From Bacteroidaceae bacterium (GTDB taxonomy: Bacteria > Bacteroidota > Bacteroidia > Bacteroidales > Bacteroidaceae): DNA of 57,643 nt. Both the position numbers and the translations under genes were made by a program. The notes below the pieces were generated by a model, which did not search any database, had not been told where the DNA came from, and saw only the letters and a list, made by a program, of their open reading frames with translations. Positions 51,573-57,643 of the stretch are shown here, in pieces. The DNA lies in the NCBI GenBank assembly GCA_045544835.1, contig JAZPZS010000001.1, forward strand, positions 1-57,643, given 5' to 3'. Numbering within the stretch: position 1 is the stretch's first letter; the number at the start of each line of letters is the position of its first letter.

Positions 51573-53141
51573 CTATGCTTTCTTCGGATAGTCTATTGTA
51601 TAATGTAGACCGCGGCTCTCCTTGCGCTCCATCGCCTGACGGGTGATAAGGTAGCCTACATTAATCATATTACGCAGTTCACACAACTCGCGCGTGGCCT
51701 TGCTGCGCTTGAAGAGAGCTTCGGTCTCTTCATAAAGAATATCGAGGCGGTTCCATGCTCGCGTCAGTCGAGTGTTGCTACGCACGATACCCACGTAAGC
51801 CTCCATAATCTGGTTCACCTCCTTCATGCTTTGGGTGATGAGTACGCGTTCCTCAGTGCTGATAGTACCCTCATCGTTCCATTCGGGGATATCCTCATTA
51901 TAATCGTAACGTTCGATTACGCTCAACGCATGCTTGGCTGCCGCATCGGCATAGACAATGGCTTCGAGAAGCGAGTTTGAGGCCAAGCGATTGCCACCAT
52001 GGAGACCAGTGCATGAGCACTCACCGATAGCGTAAAGGCGACGTATACTGCTCTGCCCGTCAAGATCCACTTTAATACCGCCACACAGATAGTGAGCTGC
52101 TGGGGCTACCGGAATATACTCTTTAGTAATGTCGATACCGATGGAAAGGCACTTTTTGTAGATATTGGGGAAGTGTGCCTTAGTCTCCTCGGGATCCTTA
52201 TGCGTGACGTCGAGGTATACGTGCTCGTCGCCACGTGTCTTCATCTCATTGTCGATGGCGCGAGCCACAATATCACGCGGAGCAAGCGAGAGGCGCGAGT
52301 CATACTTCTGCATAAACTCCTTGCCGTCCTTGGTGCGGAGCACACCGCCATAACCACGCATGGCCTCGGTAATGAGGTACGAGGGGCGATCGCCGGGATG
52401 GAACAATGCCGTAGGATGGAACTGTATAAACTCCATATCTTTCACGGCTCCTTTGGCACGATATACCATAGCGATGCCATCGCCTGTAGCCACGAGCGGA
52501 TTGGTAGTCTGCCGGTATACGGCTTCGCAGCCTCCGGTCGCCATCACGGTAACCTTGGACAGGTAGGTGTCAACAACGCCCGTATCTTCATCGAGCACAT
52601 AAGCCCCATAACAACGTATGCCCGAAGTGTGGCGGGTAACGATAATGCCCATGTGGTGCTGGGTGATGATCTCTACAGCAAAATGGTTGGTGAGTACAGT
52701 AATATTAGGATGCGCCTTCACTGCCTCGATAAGTGAGGTCTGTATCTCGGCACCAGTATTGTCCTTATGATGCAGAATACGAAATTCAGAATGGCCTCCC
52801 TCCTTGTGAAGGTCAAAATCGCCCTGCTCATTCTTGTCAAAGTCCACTCCCCAACGAATGAGTTCCTCAATCTGCGCAGGTCCTCCTTTGACTACTTTCT
52901 CCACAGCTGCGGGATCGCTGATGTAGTCTCCTGCAATCATCGTGTCCTCAATGTGTTTGTCAAAGTTGTCCACAGCAAGGTTGGTTACTGAGGCTATGCC
53001 TCCTTGGGCATAATAGGTATTGGCCTCTTCGAGCCCTGCCTTACAGATGAGAGCCACCCTACCTTTGTGCGCCACCTTGAGCGCGAAACTCATTCCAGCT
53101 AGTCCTGAGCCGATAACGAGAAAATCGTATTTGTGTACCAT
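51573..53141 (-). CDS. nadB: L-aspartate oxidase
   Basis: The FAD motif is 'DFLVIGSGLAGMS'. Other motifs are 'AQGGIA', 'HPTAL' and 'GECSCTGLHGGNRLASNSLLE'. Confidence 0.95.
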   Translation of the reverse strand: MVHKYDFLVIGSGLAGMSFALKVAHKGRVALICKAGLEEANTYYAQGGIASVTNLAVDNFDKHIEDTMIAGDYISDPAAVEKVVKGGPAQIEELIRWGVDFDKNEQGDFDLHKEGGHSEFRILHHKDNTGAEIQTSLIEAVKAHPNITVLTNHFAVEIITQHHMGIIVTRHTSGIRCYGAYVLDEDTGVVDTYLSKVTVMATGGCEAVYRQTTNPLVATGDGIAMVYRAKGAVKDMEFIQFHPTALFHPGDRPSYLITEAMRGYGGVLRTKDGKEFMQKYDSRLSLAPRDIVARAIDNEMKTRGDEHVYLDVTHKDPEETKAHFPNIYKKCLSIGIDITKEYIPVAPAAHYLCGGIKVDLDGQSSIRRLYAIGECSCTGLHGGNRLASNSLLEAIVYADAAAKHALSVIERYDYNEDIPEWNDEGTISTEERVLITQSMKEVNQIMEAYVGIVRSNTRLTRAWNRLDILYEETEALFKRSKATRELCELRNMINVGYLITRQAMERKESRGLHYTIDYPKKA

Positions 53142-53166
53142 TGTCGTTTATTGACGTATAACAGCT

Positions 53167-53174
53167 ACAAAATT
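53167..53174 (-). promoter_or_regulatory. -7 box TAATTTTG for nadB, within a full promoter cassette
   Basis: The minus strand reads ctcagaaaaaggcaagtaaacttgcattttcgttcggcttgcacTAATTTTG. It lies 25 nt upstream of the ATG at 53141. Confidence 0.6.
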
Positions 53175-53288
53175 AGTGCAAGCCGAACGAAAATGCAAGT
53201 TTACTTGCCTTTTTCTGAGTCGCCACCAATGTTCAGCGCTTGCTAAATCCCAAGAACCGTGATTGGATGACGTTGTAAGCATCCCAAA

Positions 53289-55280
53289 CTATTTCTTCCG
53301 TTTGCGTCGTGCCCAGCCCTCTTCCGAGAAGTCGGGTTCGGGACCGCGCAGGTCGTTGTCGTGCTGGAAGAATTGTTTCCAGTCGTCCTTCCTCATGGGA
53401 CCGCGCTTGCTGGTGTAGCCGCGCTCTTCGCGTGAGGGCTTGGTGCGGCTGCCTTTAGCTCCCCCGGAGGGGGCAGGACCTTGCGGATTGCGATTCTTGT
53501 TCTTCTTCTCGAATCGGGCAAAGCCGTTGTCAGAATTGCCCATTTCATCGCGTTTTTTCGGTTTGCGCTGTCTGTTGTCTGGCGTCTGTTGTCTGTTGTC
53601 CGTTGACTGTTGACCCATATCCTCTCCTACAGGCTCCACCACGACGTGTTGTCCGTTCACGTGGGCGTGGCTCAGGGCGCGTGTCACCGTGTCGGCCTGA
53701 CGCTCGGGCACCTCGAAGAAGGAGAAGTTCTGCATCAGGTCGATGCGCCCCATCTCGATGCGCTCGTGGCGCACGTGGCGGTTCACCAGGTCGATGATTT
53801 GCGAGGCGTAGAATCCGTCGCGCTTGCCGCGGTTCACGAAGAAGCGCACATAGCCCTGCTCTGCCTTGCGGGGCCCGTCGCCCTTCTCGCGGCGCTGGCG
53901 GGGTGCTCCTTCGCCTTTCACCTTTGACCTGTCGCCCTTCGAACTTCGTTCCACCACGGGCTCGGGCTCGGGGGCATTGCTGTAGTACTCCACGAAACGG
54001 CCAAACTCACGGGTCACCACGCGGCGTATGATGTCTTCCTTGTCCAGCCAGTCGAGCTTGCGGTATATGGCGGGGAGGAACTCGGCTATCTCGGCTTCGT
54101 TGACCTCGGTCTTCTCGATGTCGTCAATCACCTTCCACAGCTGCTTTTCGCAAATCTCCTTGCCTGTGGGCAGGGTTCCCTTGACGAACTCCTTGCCGAT
54201 GACCTTTTCTATTTCGCGCATGCGGCCGCGCTCGCGCAGGTTGATGATGGCGATGGAGGTGCCTCGCTTGCCGGCACGTCCGGTGCGCCCGCTACGGTGG
54301 GTGTAGTTCTCCGTGTCGTCGGGCAGGCCGTAGTTGATGACGTGGGTGAGGTCGTCCACATCGAGTCCGCGTGCTGCCACGTCGGTGGCTACAAGGAGCT
54401 GGATGCGGCGCTTGCGGAACTTCTGCATCGTAAGGTCGCGCTGCTGTTGCGACAGTTCGCCGTGCAGGGCATCGGCATTGTAGCCGTCCTGGATGAGTTT
54501 GTCGGCTATCTCCTGCGTCTCCATACGGGTGCGGCAGAATACGATGCCATAGATATGGGGGTAGTAGTCGACGATGCGCTTCAGGGCGAGGTATTTGTCC
54601 TTCGCGTGCACCATATAGTATACGTGGTTCACGTTCTTGGCGCCCTCGTTCTTGTTGCCTATCACGATTTCGTGGGCATCGGTGAGGTAGTTCTTGGCAA
54701 TAGCGGCAATCTCCTTGCTCATGGTGGCGGAGAAGAGCAGCGTGTTGCGGTCGGCAGGCACATCCTCGAGGATGCGGTTGATGCTGTCGGTGAAGCCCAT
54801 ATTGAGCATCTCGTCGGCCTCGTCGAGCACTACGTCGCGCACGGTAGAGAGGTCCACTACGCCGCGTTCCATGAGGTCGATGAGGCGGCCCGGTGTGGCC
54901 ACGATGATATGTACGCCGCGACGCACGTTGCGTATCTGGTTTTCGATGGAGGTGCCGCCATACATGGGCACCACGCGCAGTCCCTCCACATACTTGGAGA
55001 AGGCGGCGAGGTCATCGGCAATCTGCAGACACAGCTCACGGGTAGGACTCAGGATGAGCGCCTGTGCATAAGGTAGGGTAGGGTCGGCCTTCTGTATGAT
55101 GGGCAGTCCGAACGCTGCCGTCTTGCCCGTACCCGTCTGTGCCAGTGCCACTACGTCGTTGCCATTGCCCAGCAGGTAGGGTATCACCTCTTCCTGCACG
55201 GGCATGGGTTGCACGAATCCCAGTTCGCTGATGGCTTCACATATCTCGGGCATCACGCCCAGTTCTTCGAATGTCTTCAT
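53289..55280 (-). CDS. deaD: DEAD-box ATP-dependent RNA helicase (DeaD/CsdA-like) with DbpA-type RNA-binding domain and basic tail
   Basis: Helicase motifs are 'AQTGTGKT', 'PTRELCLQ', 'VLDEADEM', 'SAT' and 'HRSGRTGRAG'. The C-terminal part reads 'FFVNRGKRDG...IGRIDLMQNFSFFEV', followed by an R/K/G-rich tail. Confidence 0.92.
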   Translation of the reverse strand: MKTFEELGVMPEICEAISELGFVQPMPVQEEVIPYLLGNGNDVVALAQTGTGKTAAFGLPIIQKADPTLPYAQALILSPTRELCLQIADDLAAFSKYVEGLRVVPMYGGTSIENQIRNVRRGVHIIVATPGRLIDLMERGVVDLSTVRDVVLDEADEMLNMGFTDSINRILEDVPADRNTLLFSATMSKEIAAIAKNYLTDAHEIVIGNKNEGAKNVNHVYYMVHAKDKYLALKRIVDYYPHIYGIVFCRTRMETQEIADKLIQDGYNADALHGELSQQQRDLTMQKFRKRRIQLLVATDVAARGLDVDDLTHVINYGLPDDTENYTHRSGRTGRAGKRGTSIAIINLRERGRMREIEKVIGKEFVKGTLPTGKEICEKQLWKVIDDIEKTEVNEAEIAEFLPAIYRKLDWLDKEDIIRRVVTREFGRFVEYYSNAPEPEPVVERSSKGDRSKVKGEGAPRQRREKGDGPRKAEQGYVRFFVNRGKRDGFYASQIIDLVNRHVRHERIEMGRIDLMQNFSFFEVPERQADTVTRALSHAHVNGQHVVVEPVGEDMGQQSTDNRQQTPDNRQRKPKKRDEMGNSDNGFARFEKKNKNRNPQGPAPSGGAKGSRTKPSREERGYTSKRGPMRKDDWKQFFQHDNDLRGPEPDFSEEGWARRKRKK

Positions 55281-55304
55281 ATAGGTGTTTACTTATTATC
55301 ATTA

Positions 55305-57641
55305 TCAGAATACCTTCGTCTCCGTGCAGCGTATGCGCAGGCTCTCGCGGCCTACCGCCACGTGGAAGTCGCCCTCCTCGAGTGTCCATCGGTTGCCCAT
55401 GCCTACGAATGCCAGGTCGCGGGCTGCGATGGCGAGCTTCACGGTGCGTGTCTCGCCCGGTGCCAGGGCCACCTTCTCGAAGTCGCGCAGGCGCTTGTTG
55501 TCGGGGCTGATGGTAGCCACCAGGTCGCTCACGAAGAGTAGCACGCTCTCCTTGCCGGCTACGGTGCCCGTGTTGGTCACGTCGATGCTGAAGGTGATGC
55601 TGTCCGCCGCCGCAAACTCTGTCTTGTCGGCCCGCAGGTTGCTATACTCGTAGGTGGTGTAGCTCAGTCCGTAGCCGAAGGCATACTGCACGTCCATCAC
55701 TGCATCGTAGTTGTAGCTGCCCACCATCTGTCCGCGGCTCTCGCAGGGCTTGTAGTCGTAGGTCACCAGTGCTCCCGTGTGGCGAGGGTAGGTGTAGGGC
55801 AGTCGGCCGCTAAAGTTGGCCTCGCCCGCCATCAGTCGTGCCAGCGCCTCGCCACCGTAGTTGCCCGGCAGGAAGGTCTGCACCACAGCCCCTGCCAGCG
55901 GCTCTATGTCGGCAATCACGCGGGGTCGTCCCTCGTTGAGCACCAGCACGATGGGCTTGCCCGTAGCGCCCAGCGCCTTCACCAGCTCGCGTTGATTGGC
56001 GCTCAGCGTGAGGTCGTCGATGTTGCCCGGTGTCTCGCAGTAGGAGTTCTCGCCCACCACAGCCACTATCACATCGGCATTGGCGGCCGCCGCTACGGCA
56101 GCCTCTATGTCGGGCTTGTTCTCGGCTTGCCAGTTGCCTCTGGCGGCCCATGTCGTGCCCTCGCAGAGTGTCACGTTGTCGTGCCCGAACTTATCGGCCA
56201 GCGCGGCATATATCGTCTTGTACTTGCCTATCTTGCGTGCCACCTCATCGGTGCGGTCACCCTGCCAGGTGTAGCTCCATCCGCCATTGAGCGAGCGCAT
56301 GCTGTTGGCGTTGGGGCCGCATACGAGCAGGCGTGTGCCCTGCTTCAGCGGCAGCAGATTGTCGTTGTTCTTGAGCAGCACCATACACTCCTCGGCAATG
56401 CCTATGGCCTCGGCAGCCAGCTTGTCAGAGCCGAAGTCGGGAAACTCCTTGGCCAGCTCCTCGGGCGCGATGTCCCATGTCTTGCGGTCCATCAGCCCCG
56501 TGCGGAATTTGAGTCGGAGTATGCGGCGCACGGCATCGTCTATGCGCTCCATGGGCACGCGTCCCTCGTGCACCAGCTCCAGCAGCAGGTCGCAGAACTC
56601 CACCTCGTAGGGCACCATCGACATGTCTATGCCCGCATTGATGGCCATGGCTATGGCATCCTTCTTCGATGCGGCCACGTGGTCGCGCTCATACATGTTG
56701 TTGATGTCGGCCCAGTCGGTCACTATCATGCCGTCCCAGTTGAGGCCCTCCTTGAGCCACACCGTGAGCAGCTCGTGGTTAGCATGCATGGGTATGCCGT
56801 CGTTCACGCCCGAGTTCACCATGAGCGACAGGGCCCCTGCCTGTATCGCCTTGCGGAAGGGTTCGAAGTAGCGCTCCCTCATCTCGCGGTCGGTCACGTG
56901 GCTCGGTGTGCGGTCCTTGCCGCTCACGGGCACTCCGTAGGCCATGTAGTGCTTCAGGCACGCTGCCACATGCTGTCTGTCTATGTGGTTGGGGTCGCTG
57001 CCCTGGTATCCGCGCACGGCGGCAGCAGCCATCTCTCCGTTGAGGTACACATCCTCGCCGTAGCTCTCCCACTGGCGGCTCCATAGCGGGTTGCGTCCCA
57101 GGTCCATCACCGGTGAGTACACCCACGGTATGAGGCATGCGCGGCTCTCGTAGGCCGATACCTCATTCACGCGGTGCGGTATGTCGCGGTTGAACGATGC
57201 CGCCTGTCCCACCTCCTGCGGGTACAGTGTGGCGCCCCACGTGTAGCTCGCCCCATGTATCTGGTCCACGCCATAGATCTGCGTCACCCCGCAGGCCTCC
57301 ATCGAGCGATGGTTGAGCGTGCGTATCAGCCTTGCCCACGACTCGGGAGTCTGTGCCAGTCCCAGCGGCACGTTCAGTATGCTGCCCACCTTGTAGCGGT
57401 CTATCACCTTGGCCACCGCCTCCTCGTTGAGCACCACGGAGTCGCGGTGCCGGTTGTCGGTGATGACATCGATGGTGAGCTCACACATCTGTCCCACCTT
57501 CTCCTCCAGCGTCAGCTTGCGTAGCGTGCGCTCCACCTTGGCTTCCAACTTCCTGTCGTGCGGTATGGCCGGTGCCACCCCCTGTGCCACCACTGCGGTA
57601 GCCAGCAGCATCGATGCTGCCCATAGCAAATGTCTTTTCAT
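55305..57641 (-). CDS. GH3 beta-glucosidase/beta-xylosidase-like enzyme
   Basis: 778 aa with signal peptide [23 protein letters not shown]3 motifs are 'KHYMAYG' and '[10 protein letters not shown]' (nucleophile Asp region). A C-terminal Fn3-like domain is present. The gene is complete, with its start 2 nt from the window end. Confidence 0.9.
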   Translation of the reverse strand: MKRHLLWAASMLLATAVVAQGVAPAIPHDRKLEAKVERTLRKLTLEEKVGQMCELTIDVITDNRHRDSVVLNEEAVAKVIDRYKVGSILNVPLGLAQTPESWARLIRTLNHRSMEACGVTQIYGVDQIHGASYTWGATLYPQEVGQAASFNRDIPHRVNEVSAYESRACLIPWVYSPVMDLGRNPLWSRQWESYGEDVYLNGEMAAAAVRGYQGSDPNHIDRQHVAACLKHYMAYGVPVSGKDRTPSHVTDREMRERYFEPFRKAIQAGALSLMVNSGVNDGIPMHANHELLTVWLKEGLNWDGMIVTDWADINNMYERDHVAASKKDAIAMAINAGIDMSMVPYEVEFCDLLLELVHEGRVPMERIDDAVRRILRLKFRTGLMDRKTWDIAPEELAKEFPDFGSDKLAAEAIGIAEECMVLLKNNDNLLPLKQGTRLLVCGPNANSMRSLNGGWSYTWQGDRTDEVARKIGKYKTIYAALADKFGHDNVTLCEGTTWAARGNWQAENKPDIEAAVAAAANADVIVAVVGENSYCETPGNIDDLTLSANQRELVKALGATGKPIVLVLNEGRPRVIADIEPLAGAVVQTFLPGNYGGEALARLMAGEANFSGRLPYTYPRHTGALVTYDYKPCESRGQMVGSYNYDAVMDVQYAFGYGLSYTTYEYSNLRADKTEFAAADSITFSIDVTNTGTVAGKESVLLFVSDLVATISPDNKRLRDFEKVALAPGETRTVKLAIAARDLAFVGMGNRWTLEEGDFHVAVGRESLRIRCTETKVF

Positions 57642-57643
57642 CG

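Noticed and set aside
1-57643. Searched for tRNA, rRNA, tmRNA, transposase, integrase, CRISPR-cas, toxin-antitoxin and classical defence-system genes (restriction-modification, nucleases with ATPases, reverse transcriptases).
   Set aside because: No ORF shows the corresponding motifs, and no intergenic segment has cloverleaf-like tRNA structure on inspection. All intergenic regions longer than 100 bp are accounted for by promoters, terminators or the repeat families described.

Overview
The window looks like a chromosomal segment from a Bacteroidales genome, probably Prevotellaceae-like. The taxon guess rests on several signals: TAnnTTTG -7 promoter boxes, many T9SS C-terminal sorting domains, an HU-like/smalltalk gene pair, and an AraC-type hybrid sensor kinase. 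I support 35 protein-coding genes. I saw no rRNA, tRNA, CRISPR array, transposase or integrase.

Housekeeping genes: dus, rnhA, argS, a fabG-etfB-etfA-acyl-CoA dehydrogenase operon, yicC, gmk, nadD, purD, prfB, nadB and a DEAD-box helicase. These are interleaved with accessory surface and glycan genes: CE12 plus GH105 (rhamnogalacturonan), GH27 with two NPCBM modules, and GH3.

The most unusual content is a minus-strand block at 30043-51020. It holds two paralogous giant T9SS cargo proteins (2128 and 2643 aa). The larger one ends in cohesin-like, dockerin, cohesin-like and T9SS CTD modules, and is followed 8 nt later by a cohesin-like 418-aa protein. This looks like a non-cellulosomal cohesin-dockerin surface assembly.

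Other notable items:
- An orphan operon in which a secreted 1129-aa Fn3-rich protein abuts a membrane-anchored AraC regulator across an A6 tract.
- Two independent 22-bp-phased repeat arrays in regulatory regions.
- Three ~140-bp palindromic repeats filling every intercistronic gap of the acd/etf operon.
- A MITE-like element with CACAGATT-type terminal repeats.
- An IR-flanked 327-bp cassette upstream of GH27.
- A recurrent ~60-bp promoter cassette.

All family assignments come from reading motifs in the translations. No database search was run.
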